NCBI RefSeq assembly: GCF_006345805.1
Contig: NC_042999.1
Location: 118,606,001 to 118,670,000, forward strand
Direction: 5' to 3'
Source: Octopus sinensis
Taxonomy: Eukaryota
Length of the DNA: 64,000 nucleotides
The translations under genes were made by a program, and so were the position numbers. This document shows, piece after piece, positions 13,027 to 25,065 of this stretch (positions are counted from its first letter, which is position 1; every line of letters starts with the position of its first letter). The notes beneath the pieces were generated by a model, which was not told where the DNA came from, did not search any database, and was given only the letters and a program-made list of their open reading frames with translations.

Positions 13027-15984
13027 ATGTCATTAGAAAAAATGAAGATGGAAATTGAACTACTTAAACTTAGAGCTAAGACAAATGAAGAAAAAGTAAA
13101 AACCATAGATGAGGAAATCAACGAAGAAGTCATCAAACTAACAGACGGCATCAATACCGAAACATTACTTACACTATGGAAAGAAGAATGTGAAAAAGAG
13201 GAACAAAAGTTCCTCCAACGATGGGAAAAGAGCGCCAACAGGTTCTTGGATTATGAAACCAACTCAAAAAATGAACACATATCCAACAACCCCTTCATAA
13301 AATTAAGTAAAACAAAACCAAATACTAACAGAACGGAACAACCACCAAGAAATCTAAATACACTCCACACCAGAAAAAGACATTTAAAACGCACCCCACA
13401 CTACCTACACCAACCCCTAAACACTTACAGGGACCCACCACACCATTTCAAGAACCATAGGGATGCAACACACAATTCTATGAACTACAATCCACATAAC
13501 CCAACTAAGACTCAACCACCAAACCTCTACCCTAGGGACCAACCATACAAACCTAACAAACAACAAACACACTACAGAAAAAACAACTACCAACACAATA
13601 TACCTGATACACTAAGACCGAACACGAGGTACAAAAACACACTACAAAACAGAGCACCACAAACCCACTCTGAAAATTATAACAACAGGAGACAGATAAA
13701 CAGTATTTTTGAACATAACTACACCAACCATTTTTTAGACCTAACACACAGGAACAGGGATACACGATGGCAACGAACAAACAAAAGAAACCACAGGTAA
13801 TTAAAATAATCAATCTCTCAAATAAAGAACTTACACCTAACGAAATAAGCATACTTTTAAAGGACTGAAATTTACACGAACCACACAACGTTCAAATTAC
13901 TATGAAATGAAAGACGATATTTCGGAATTTTGTAGGAAACTAAGACTTGCCGAGGAATTTCATGGCAAAATAATAGATGACGAATCAATAGCTAGAAACA
14001 ACAGCGATTACACCCCTACCAAGGGAAAGAATAAAGCCTTAGACCACTATTGTGACTACATAACTAATTTCCCCTTTCAATATACAAAGAAGCAAAAATA
14101 CAGCCAAAACTTTAACAAAAGAGAATGGAACGACCTCATCAAACTAAGAGAAGATAAAACAATAACAATTAAGGAAGCAGATAAGGGCAACGCGGTAGTT
14201 TTATTGAGCACAAAAGATTATAAAAATTTAGTACTATCCCTATTAGGAGATGAAACATATTATGAAAGGGCCCAACATTATAATCAACCAAAAATAATGA
14301 ACAACCTCAGGACATTAATCAACACATACCGAGGACTCACGGACTAGGAGTACGATTATATCACTAACTTTAAGTGCAAATCAAGTTTATTCTACGGTAT
14401 CCCTAAAGTCCATAAAAGCCAAATAATTAGTGAAACATGCAAAACATCTACCGACATACTCATCAAAATCCCTTCACCAAATGATCTTAAACTTAAACCG
14501 ATAATAGCAAGCCTAGCATGTGAAACTCACCGCCTCAGCAACTTCTTGGACACACTTCTTAAACCTTTCCTAAAGCATATCAAAAGCTACGTAAGAGACG
14601 ATATAGACATGCTTAACCACCTCCCAAAAACAGTCAATGAGAAAACCCTACTAGTATCCTTCGATGTAATTAACCTTTATTCAAACTTCCCTCACACCCT
14701 AGGAATAGAAGCGATCACTTTCTGGCTAAACAACTACTCCTTCGAACCTCCAACTCGCATAAATAAAGAACTCATAATAGACAAAGATTGGGAACAGCGA
14801 TGAGTACGTGTACCGCACCTTCTTTTGCCAACCTAGTGATGGGATACCTCGAGATAATACTCTACCAGAAAACACTCGAGAAATATGGAAACACTTTCTC
14901 CACCTATATCCAGAACAACTGGAAAAGATATCTCGACGACTGCTTCATCCTCTGAAATGAAAGTATAGAAAAACTTGAGGAATTTAAAATACAATTAAAT
15001 GGAATAAATGAAAATATTCAGTTCACGATAGATCATAACGAAGAAAAATTGCCATTTTTAGACATCCTCATTAAGAAAGTTGGAAACAAAATAGAGACAG
15101 ATATCTATTATAAACCGACAGACTCCAAGCAGTACCTACTCTTTGATTCATGCCACCCAAAACACACTCGAATAAATGTCCCTTTCTGTTTAGCCAGAAG
15201 GATTTGCACTATAATATCAGACACAAACACCCGACCCACACGTCTCCAGGAACTCAGAACTACACTCATAAATAGAAATTATCCACAGTGCAATCCAACA
15301 AGCACTTAAATTAAGTATAGAAGACCTGAGACAAACAAAACCAAAAAAGAAAGAAAAATTAAAAACCCTACCTTACATCTCTACACACAACCCACTTAAC
15401 AATGAGGCCTTCAACACCATACTACAAAGCACAACCCTACTCAAGGGAGACCCAAAGATGAACCAAATCCTCGAAACACACACCATCATTAAAAGTAAAC
15501 GGCAACCAAAATCCTTAAAAAAGATTTTAACCCAAGCTAAACTGCACTCAACAACAACCACAAAACCAGCAGTTAGAAAATGTAGAAAGCCCAACTGCGG
15601 AATCTGTGTCATCTTGGTAGAAGGTTTAGTACATTAGAACAAGGCCATCAGTTTACCATCACAACAAACTTCATGTGTGCATCAGAAAACTTAATTTACG
15701 TCTTAACATGCGCAGGGTGCAATAGGCAGTATATAGGCCATACAAAAAACAGCTTACGAAAAAGGATGGCAGTGCATAAATCCCAAATTAGAAATCCGGA
15801 ATACAGGAAAATACTAGTCAGCAGACACATAGATAGATGTGCTTCAAATAAAAATCCCAAATTCACAACTTGCCCACTTTACAAATTCAGTGACGGCGTA
15901 ACCTTTACTCAACGCCAAAATAAAGAACTTTATTTCATTAGAAAATTCGGACCAAGTTTGAACACCCTGGGTCAGGAACATTGA
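13027..15984 (+). pseudogene. PLE RT + GIY-YIG polyprotein, broken by stops, frameshifts and a short RT deletion (Neptune-like)
   Basis: ADKGNAVV, YGIPKVHK, LVSFDVINLY, GTAMSTCTAPSFANLVMGY, RYLDDCF, LPFLDI, YYKPTDSKQYL...SCHP, CRKPNCGIC linker, NLIYVLTCAGCNRQYIGHT...RMAVH. Confidence 0.93.
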
Positions 15985-16490
15985 AACAATACATTGGTCT
16001 TCCGAAAAGAAAAATGGAATTCTACCACTACCACCACGATCACTACTACTGCTGCTACTATTACTACTACTACAACCACCATGCTCACTACTATTACTAC
16101 TACAATCAACAATCCTCCACTGCTGCTGCTACTGCCACAGCTAAGCTGCTACAACCAATGAGCTGCTGCAACCCTAACCACCACCACCACCACGGTTACT
16201 ACTACTACGACCAATAGTCACTGCTGCTACAGCCATTTCAGCCACTGACCATTTGAACATCTATTATATTTACTCCCCACAAAAAAAAAACAACCACATG
16301 GATTCTGTTGAGACCAGTAAGAAACAATTATGAACTTTTTTATTACACTTAACTTTTTAAAATAAAGGTTCGTTTTTTCAAGAAGAACCGAAACATGGAA
16401 AATTTCTAAGAAAATTAAAATTTATCTTATATAGTGTTTTCAAACTTCTTTTTTATAAATATATACCCACTCGTATACGATCTACACTTG

Positions 16491-16533
<43 letters not shown>

Positions 16534-17894
16534 TATGTACATGTATGTTGCATATCTATAGCATGATAGTACTTATTATTCAAAAATAAACTACTGCTTA
16601 ATTAATTTGTGACAAAAAGGAGCATTAAACTAAAAATCTCTGAATATCTAGTAATTAATCTTAATCAATAAACTTGTGTATCAATTATTCCTGTCTCAAA
16701 TATTTCTATAATTTTTTTCACCACTTTTATTTTTGTCTTATTAACATGGAGGTTGTTTTTAACGTTCACTACAAGTGACAAATCTAGAAGATAATGAAAT
16801 GCCAGCATTCAAATATGAATTTCTGATAGATGAACCAATAATTTGTTGATACATAGTCTCAGCTACATCTTACAAGCATTCGCTGCCTTAGTATACTGAA
16901 TTAAAAATGAATCCAAATTTACTTTTGGTTCATTGTGACTAGGTTGGGTACATACTATAGCAAAACACACAACTGGGCATTTTATTTATAGCTCTGAATT
17001 TACAAAAGTATCAAGTTCATACTGATATTAAAATACAGATCTAAAAGCATTAAAAAGAAGGAAGTGAAATATCATTATATGATTCGTTTCTGACAGAATA
17101 ATTACAATTCAAGCAGGTGAATCTAAATCAGGGCTGATGCATTCTGATACTGTCATTGATTTTTGCATTAAATATGGTTTTATGCTCCCTAACCAAGTTA
17201 GTAAGGCATCTGCAAATAATAAGTGATTTAATAATCTATAAGTCCTGCTGGGCTTGTGCAAATTCTTCTTCATGCTAACTTCCCTGATATGACTGTAGAA
17301 ATTTTATACAACTAAACTGTCAGGGCCTTTAAAATGTGGATTACATGATCATCTTTGCTGTCCAAATTCATGCCACTAGCTGATCTGAGTTATTCTGCTT
17401 AGCTCAGTTTTGTCTCACACACAGACATGCACACATGCACATTATAGAACTGAGACACCTTGAAAGCTAAGATATTCATTAATCAAAATTTCACATACAT
17501 AGCTCTTAGTAGAACAATTTCATTTACATGTTCATCTGATGCTAATTCACCATATTCAGCATTTGTTTATGATTTCATGGCTAACTCTGGCTCTCATTAA
17601 TAGCTACATGCAATAGCTAACATTCAAGATGGTTAATTTCACTTATGCATGAAATCTGTTACCAGATAGAGGTCTTCCTCAGTCACAAAGATTTCCATTA
17701 ATAGATGCACAGCAAATTTTTCTGTCAGAATATTTGATTCACTTACCTTTTAATATATATGCGAAGCTGTAAGGTGTTACTCAGGCACTCAGTTATGAGT
17801 CCACTACATCTTATAGCAGAAACATGTCCAAGCTAATGAAGTTCATAAGATAATCACTTATTCCTTTGTCATCTCATTTTCTTACTTACAAATA

Positions 17895-18445
17895 TATATC
17901 ATGAGCAAAACACCCCCCATCCAATGGACAGTGGTGAGTTGTCAAAAACTTAAACCAAATTTTCTAAAACCAACTTGTCCAAAGGTCCCATAAGCCTTCT
18001 CTTTGAGAAACACTGATTTAACCTATATTTGAGACACCGGCGAAAGAAGAAATAAAGATTGACTTTTTTTCTGTTCCAAAGAAAAACGATTTTATTCACA
18101 TAAAACATGCAACTGAAGAGTTTAAAGTACCAGTAATGATAAGGCTGTTGACTGGGAGAACACAAACATGGTTTAAACAGCAAGCTAGGCAGGAAAGAAA
18201 CATGCCTCTAAACAGTATAAAAACAAAAAAAAAATGGAAGTTGCAATTATGTAGAGGTTGACGGAAGAAAAGCAGGACAAAAATGGCTTTATCGATCGCA
18301 TTCTCACCTGGAATCGATTTTTGTAATTTCTTAAGACTTATACATGCCCTGATACCGTATCTACATATCAAATTTGAGTGCAATCGAATGGAGGATGCCC
18401 AAGATCCTAGAAGACACACACACAGACAACAGATTTTATATGAGA
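17895..18445 (-). mobile_element. Non-autonomous Helitron-like repeat (inverted partner of 24273-24805)
   Basis: A|TC 5' end at 18445; reverse-complement homology to 24273-24445 and 24635-24805; no clear CTAG 3' end. Confidence 0.65.
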
Positions 18446-18456
18446 TATATACAATA

Positions 18457-18840
18457 CTAGCAGTATCGCCTGGCGTTGCTCAGGTTTGTAAGGGAAATAA
18501 CTATAAAGCATTTTTAGAGAGTTATAGCCAAAAAATAGCAAAAAAATGGAAAAAAATTATGGTAAATTTTTTTTTAGAGTTAAAAAAGGTCGAGTTGCGT
18601 CCCCTAGACAGTCTGTGGTTTGTGTTTCTGATTCTCGACCCCATGTCGAATTTATCGATTTTTTTCGGAACTGGGGGAACTTTTCAAAATTTTCGCTGCG
18701 TTAGTTTTGAATTATGACATTGGGCTATGTGTGTGTCAAGTTTCATCAGAATCGGTTGAAAGCAGTGGTCAGGGTGAGGGTACAACCAAACAGACACACA
18801 GAAACACACACAGACAAACTGCCGTTTATATAGAGAGAGA
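18457..18840 (-). mobile_element. Non-autonomous Helitron, complete
   Basis: Minus strand A|TC...CCTGAGCAACGCCAGG hairpin...CTAG|T; homologous to 53763-54194. Confidence 0.85.
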
Positions 18841-19120
18841 TTGCTTTGCGGGAGTAACTGTTTTGTCAAAGGCGTATCTTGTCTTGAATTGCTCAAAATG
18901 CGGAATAGAAAAACATCCGACAACTGATGAAGGGTCATTCTTTCTGTTGCTTGTCTTGTTTTCCATTTGTTTCTTTCATTGTTTGCAAAAAAATGTTTGT
19001 ATTCCATGTTTTCGTATTTCGTATTTCATGTTATTTACATTCTGTTATGTCCTGTGCCCATATAGGCATATGTATATCCATATATGTAACTATGTACATA
19101 TTTGTATGCATACACGCATA

Positions 19121-19525
19121 TACTCTTTTACTTGTTTCAGTCATTTGACTGCGGCCATGGTGGAGCACCGCCTTTTAATCGAGCAACTTGACCCCGGGAC
19201 TTATTCTTTTGTAAGCCCAGTACTTATTCTATCGGTCTCTTTTGCCGAACTGCTAAGTGACGGGGGACGTAAACACACCAGCATCGGTTGTCAAGCAATG
19301 CTAGAGGGACAAACACAGACACACAAACATATACACACACATACATATATATACATATATACGACAGGCTTCTTTCAGTTTCCGTCTACCAAATCCACTC
19401 ACAAGGCATTGGTTGGCCCGGGGCTATAGCAGAAGACACTTTCCCAAGATGCCGCGCAGTGGGACTGAACCCGGAACCATGTGGCTGGTTAGCAAGCTAC
19501 TTACCACACAGCCACTCCTGCGCCT
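19121..19525 (-). mobile_element. SINE family B, full length
   Basis: tRNA-like head GGCGCAGGAGTGGCTGTGTGGTAAG...GGGTTCAGTCCC, internal microsatellite, tail GACTGAAACAAGTAAAAGAG. Confidence 0.88.
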
Positions 19526-19586
19526 ATATATTATTTATATATATTATTTATATATATATATATATATTATTCATATTATTGTATGT

Positions 19587-19917
19587 AGGCGTAGGAGTGG
19601 CTGTGTGGTAAGTAGCTTGCTTACCAACCACATAGTTCCAGGTTCAGTCCCACTGCATGGCACCTTGAGCAAGCATCTTCTACTATAGCCTCAGGCTGAC
19701 CAAAGACTTGTGAGTGGATTTGGTAGATGGAAACTGAAAGAAGCCCTTCTGTCGTATATATGTATGTGTGTCTGTGTTTGTCCCCCAACATCTTTTGAAT
19801 CGTAACTTAGTGATTCGGCAAAATAGACCGATAGAATAAGTACTAGGCCAATTTGCTCGACTAAAGGTGGTGCTCCAGCATGGCCACAATAAAAAAACTG
19901 AAACAAGTAAAAGAGTA
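19587..19917 (+). mobile_element. SINE family B, near full length; other copies 28662-29120 -, 35305-35610 +, 40960-41100 +, 43466-44110 +, 44215-44360 +, 55810-55925 -
   Basis: Same head and tail as 19121-19525 in opposite orientation. Confidence 0.88.
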
Positions 19918-19953
19918 TGATTGAATGCCATGCATCCATTTCCAGGTAAATTT

Positions 19954-19987
<34 letters not shown>

Positions 19988-20074
19988 AACATAGACATAT
20001 AGATATATATCTAGATATATATACATATATGTCTGTATTTATACATATAGATCTATATGTATACATATAAAGTT

Positions 20075-20757
20075 CTAGAAAAATATGGCAGCCCATTTTC
20101 TCTCTACATAGAAAATAATTGGAAGAGACAACTGGATGACTGTTTCATTCTTTGGCATGAAAGTATAGAAGACTTAAAGAATTTCAAGCACTTATAAATG
20201 AACTTGCCGTAAACATTCAATTCATGATGGAATATTGCCATCAACAACTTCCCTTCCTCGACATCCTCATTAAGAAATCTAACAATGTAATAGAAACATT
20301 ACATTATGGATTCCAAGCAATATCTACCATTCATCTCATGCCACCCCAGACATACCTAAATGAATATCCCCTTCAACCTAGCAAAAAGGATATGTACTAT
20401 AGTTTTTAATGCAAGCACCAGGGACACATGTCTACATGAACTAAAGGATACACTAAAGGAACTACCCACCTTCACTAACTGACATATGATTTCAGTGTGC
20501 CCTACAACTCAACATCCACGAACTCAGACATCCCAAATTAAAGAAGGATTTACAACCAAAAGCCCTACCATACATCTCCACACAGAACCCTCTTAACAAT
20601 GAAGCCTTCAACACTATCCTTCAAAACATTCCCCTGCTAAAAAATGACCACAGAATGAACTTAATCCTCCAAACACACACCATCATACAAAGTAAGAAAC
20701 AGCCCAAATCTATGAAAAGTTTCCTAAAACAGGCTCAAATATGCTCAACAACAAATT
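20075..20757 (+). mobile_element. PLE RT C-terminal fragment, same family as 13027-15984
   Basis: NWKRQLDDCFILW, LPFLDILIKK, ALPYIST motifs. Confidence 0.85.
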
Positions 20758-20769
20758 TAAATTTAGCTT

Positions 20770-22330
20770 GTCTGCAGCATCATTCCTTGGTGCCGGAATT
20801 TGTTCTTTCACATAGCCATTTGTGACTTTTATATTTTGTGGCAATGTATGGAAACACCATGCTCTTTAGTTCTTCAAGAGAGGCAGTCATATTGCTACAT
20901 GGGAGGTGTTGCAGACTATCTTGTGGAAGTTTTCTATTTCCAAAATCAAGTAACTTGTTGGAGAACTGTGCGGCTAACGGGTCACCATGAATATGAACCC
21001 TCATGTTGGTTGTCAGAGTAAGCTGCTTGACATGTTGCCAGATATATGAGGACTTGATGCAAGCTCTCAGCTCATCTGCCTTTGCTCCTCTGGGCATGAC
21101 AAGGAGTGTTTGCCTCTGAGATGGCAAGCCTGGTGATATGCTTGACATAGTGTGTTCTTGACTGCTGACCATGATGTGGAATGCATAGAAATCATTGGAT
21201 GGAATTCACTTTGAGGAGTTTGTCTGTCTAATGTCAATGTGATAAGCATCTTGTCCATAACAGAACAGCAATGGGTATTGTAGTGTATAATAGGATCTGT
21301 ATGTTCCTGAAATCCTCATTAGTGTGCTGTTTCTGAGATGGAGGACAATGTCAAGCTTGTCATGTTCTTGCCCAAACAGAAGTACAGCTATTTCATTTGC
21401 TGTTGGCACATTAAACCCCTATGTTGACCAGTTGGTTTCTTGTCTGATCTAATAACTACCTTGTAATCCATGGAGTCAGGTGGAATTGTTTGAAGTGTGG
21501 TCTTGAAGCTTCTGACCAGGTTGTTGATGTTATCCAGCATCTTTTGCAGAGACGCTACAATGTTCATCATGATGCTAGTTGTGTTCTTGCATCTCTCTTA
21601 CCCGTCTTGTTGAGAATCACCCATAAAATATATTTGAGGGAATTTTAGTGATTCATTTGACAGAGGAAGTAGAGAGCCAATGCGATGAAAAATCTGGCCT
21701 TGGACCTTGAAAGTTGGCATGAATCCTGGCTCAGTCATATCTGTTGTGGTTCCAAATGATGTCATCTGTAGTGCAGCATTATACTGTCTAATTTTGTTTT
21801 GGAAGTGCTTGGAATCTTGGTCTGTTGATGACAACAGTTTTTTCAATGGCTCTGGATGTTGGGGGATTGCTAGGAGTTTAACCTTTCCACCACTGCAGCA
21901 CAGTGCAGGTGTCTCCCCAGGCCACTTTCTTGCTTTACAGTGTATGCACTCAATTTTCATTGCACCAATGGAAATTCTAGTGTCATCTGCATAATGAATT
22001 GTTGGATCATAACTGAAAGCTGCTTCATAGAAGTTGCTCCTCTGAACTGTTGCAACTGCTCTTCATTCTGCAGTGGAGATCCACTACAGAACGAAGTGTC
22101 TGAAATATGAAAGTGAAAACAAGTGGTATAGATAGAGAGATATGTTACAGAGAGATAGAGAGAGGGATGGATAGAAAGATATACATAAAGATATATGTTA
22201 TGTCATTGACGCTAGAAAACCAGAAATAAATGTTTGAAAATCTTTGAAAGATATGAATGTAATATAAAAAAAATATTTTTTAATTTTAATAATTTTTAAT
22301 TAAAAAATCAAATAAAAACCCTATTATATG
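20770..22330 (-). mobile_element. Internally deleted Helitron (Rep N-region fused to PIF1 helicase fragment)
   Basis: CIHCKARKWPGETPALCCSGGKV...RQYNAALQMTSFG...FKVQGQIFHRIGSLLP; PTANEIAV...LQYPLLF; then QTLLVMPRG...ACIKSSYIW..V..LTLTTNMRV. Confidence 0.92.
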
Positions 22331-22530
22331 TCCGAGGTCAAATTATTCATGTATGGTGAAGCTGTTTTCGCATGAAAAGTGAATATGCACTCATTTCTAT
22401 TTCATATAATAGATATATATCAATTTTCTAATACCTTACATAGCATTTTCTTTTTCTCTTACTTTCTTTCTTCTTTCTTTCTTTCATTCTTTCTTTGTGT
22501 GTACAACTGTCTCTTGATTTTCTCCTTCAG

Positions 22531-22627
22531 ACGTTATTTCCTGCAGAGGCAAGTTGAGAAAGGCCCAAATAAGATTGTACTACACAACGATGACTTAATC
22601 TTTGTTCACCGGAAAAAAAGCACAAAG
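22531..22627 (+). CDS. GUCY2D/GUCY2F-like: Receptor guanylyl cyclase exon: juxtamembrane (97 bp, phase 2 to 0)
   Basis: Acceptor ttttctccttcag, donor AAG|gtaaac; RYFLQRQVEKGPNKIVLHNDDLIFVHRKKSTK resembles the retinal GC motif GPNKIILTVDDITFLH / KGPNRILLTLEDVTFI. Confidence 0.93.
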
Positions 22628-22933
22628 GTAAACATAATATTTATCATATGTTGATCTTCCTAATAATACTTGCAATGAACATGAGAGACATTCAAATTTG
22701 TATGGAAATATAAGTCAAATAGATTATATTTTATTTCATTGAATGTAAAAGGTGCCAACTACACTCTCAGAGAGGTTGGTGCTAGGAAGGGCATCCAACT
22801 GTCAAAACATTGCCAGATCAGATTGGAGACTAGTGCAGCTCACTAGCTTGCCAGACCCCAGTTAAAGCGTCCAACACATGCCAGCATGGAAAACAGACGT
22901 TGAACAATGATGATGATATATATGCATATACGA

Positions 22934-23160
22934 AGGCAGCGAACTGACAAAATCGTTAGCACGTCGGGCGAAACGCTTAGCGGTATTTCGGCTGCGGTTA
23001 TATTCTGAGTTCAAATTCCGCTGAGGTCGACTTTGCCTCTCATCCTTTCGGGGTCGATATATAAAGTACCAGCTTCGCACTGGCATCGATGTAATTGACT
23101 TAATCCCATTGTCTTTGTTTGTTCCCTCTATGTTTAGCCCCTCGTGGGTAGTAAAGAAAT
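22934..23160 (+). mobile_element. SINE family A, full length
   Basis: High similarity to 49943-50171. Confidence 0.9.
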
Positions 23161-23847
23161 AGATATATATACATACTTACACAGATACATTCATACACGC
23201 ACACACACACACACACACAAACATGTAAATGATAGGCTTCACTGCAGTTTCTGTCAATGAATTTCAAGTCGTTCACCAGTACAAGACTATGGATCTATAG
23301 CAGAAGACACTTAACCAAAGTTTGTTCAGTGGAATCAAACCAGGAGCTTATAGAAGTTGTGCAGTCAACTCTTTAACCACACATCTGTGCTTGCACCTAT
23401 TTAGTTTTATCAGTCTACATTCTGAGTTCATATGGTTATACAACTTCACTTTCAAAATTTGAGTGCATGCTTTAATTTAGAAAAAAAATCAATGCAATTA
23501 ACTTAATTAACTTATCAATATTTTTACAACTCTAGCAGAAAGAAAGAGAAAATAACTAGTTAGAGCACGTAAATACAGAATCATGAGACTTCAAAACAAT
23601 TGTGTGAAGTATCTTGTTTGTACCAGCTAAACCATCTCATAAATAAGTTTTCATGGAATTTGTCTTTTTTTCTTGCTTTTTTTAAAAGAATTCATTCTAT
23701 TTAAAACATTTTGATTGCTTTTAAATTTAATAAAGCTTAGTTTAGACTTAGCAATAAAAAATTACATGCTTATGCGCACACACATGACTATATATAAATA
23801 AATATATATATGCATAATCATGTCTATATCTATATCTATCTCTCACT

Positions 23848-23886
<39 letters not shown>

Positions 23887-23976
23887 TCTGTCTCTCTCTC
23901 TCACACACACACTTATATATATTTCATCTTCGTATTTGGTTTGTAAGATTCTTTATGGGAATTCGTGTGTTGAAGC

Positions 23977-24265
23977 ATATTTTATTGTGTCTGGAGAGAG
24001 TCATTCTGTTTCAGTGCCTTATTATTTAACACACTCACTGGTTCAATTTCCACTCATTTATTTTTACTTTCTAAAATTTTCGTTGCATCTTGCAATCCTT
24101 TCATCAACAGTTGTTGAAAGTCAATGACTATTGAGGAAAAAGTTGCAAGACACAACGTTAATTTTAGGAAAATTAAATAAGTAAATGAATAGCAACTGAA
24201 CCGGTGAGTGTGTTAAATAATAAGGCACTAAAACAGAATGACTCTCCCCAGACACAATAAAATAT
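23977..24265. repeat. Imperfect fold-back (arms ~23977-24107 / 24131-24265); single-arm family copy at 52470-52660
   Basis: ATATTTTATTGTGTCTGG... versus ...CCAGACACAATAAAATAT; arms pair over ~130 bp. Confidence 0.85.
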
Positions 24266-24272
24266 ATACACA

Positions 24273-24805
24273 TCTATTATATAAAATCCATTCTGTCTGT
24301 CTGTGTGTGTGTCTTCTAGGATCTCGTGCATCCTCCATCCGATTGCACTCAAATTTGATATGTCGATACCGACGGTATCAGGGCATGTATAAGTCTTGAA
24401 AAAATTACAAAAATCGATTCCAGGTGAGATCGATAAAGCCGTGGGAACGTGCATTTGTACGTGCAAGTACACCAGCTGTTGTGATCGATACTAATCATAC
24501 GTGGGAAAAATGCATGTGCAGTTTGCACATAAAAAGCCAGCTGGCTTGAAATAATGCCACAAAATGCAGTATATTTAAGAGACCAAAAAAGTAAGATGCA
24601 AAAGAGATATTTTCTTCAAACTAGGCATGAAGGAAAGAAGTCTATCTTTATTTCTTCTTTTGCTGGTGTCTCAAATTTAGGTTAAATCAGTGTTTCTCAA
24701 AATGGGAGCCTATGGGACAGTCGGACATGTTGTTTTGAGAAAATTTGGTTTAAATGTTTGACAACTCAGCACCGTCCATTGGACGAGGTGGGGAGCATTT
24801 TGCTC
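24273..24805 (+). mobile_element. Non-autonomous Helitron-like repeat
   Basis: A|TCTATTATATAAAATCC start; homologous to 17895-18445 in opposite orientation. Confidence 0.7.
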
Positions 24806-24806
24806 A

Positions 24807-24842
<36 letters not shown>

Positions 24843-24849
24843 AAATGAA

Positions 24850-25065
24850 GGAAATTATTGTGTTGTGTAGTATTCAGGCGCACTACAACTCATCTAAGGT
24901 GCATGTACAGTACATAGAATTATGTACAAAAGTCAGGAAAGTGAACAGTGTATGAGTCATAATACACATGTATGCATGCATATGGAGGTGGGAATATCAG
25001 GTGTAGTGTTGGGGAATTTCAGGAAGCATGGAGGTTTTAAAGGATGTGATGTCTTGGCAACTCTG
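24850..25065 (-). mobile_element. CR1/L2-type LINE 3' end, degenerate
   Basis: Homologous to 42385-42657. Confidence 0.65.

Larger units (their letters stand above)
12750..16460 (+). mobile_element. Near full-length Penelope-like element with ~200-bp inverted terminal copies (12750-12960 / 16262-16460)
   Basis: Terminal segments are reverse complements; internal RT and GIY-YIG coding; flanked by TA-rich microsatellite. Confidence 0.93.

Noticed and set aside
18925-19010. CTGATGA as an intact hammerhead
   Set aside because: No matching stem II or GAAA downstream; at most a degenerate remnant.
22934-23010. tRNA genes
   Set aside because: The tRNA-like boxes are SINE heads continuing into family bodies; no cloverleaf.
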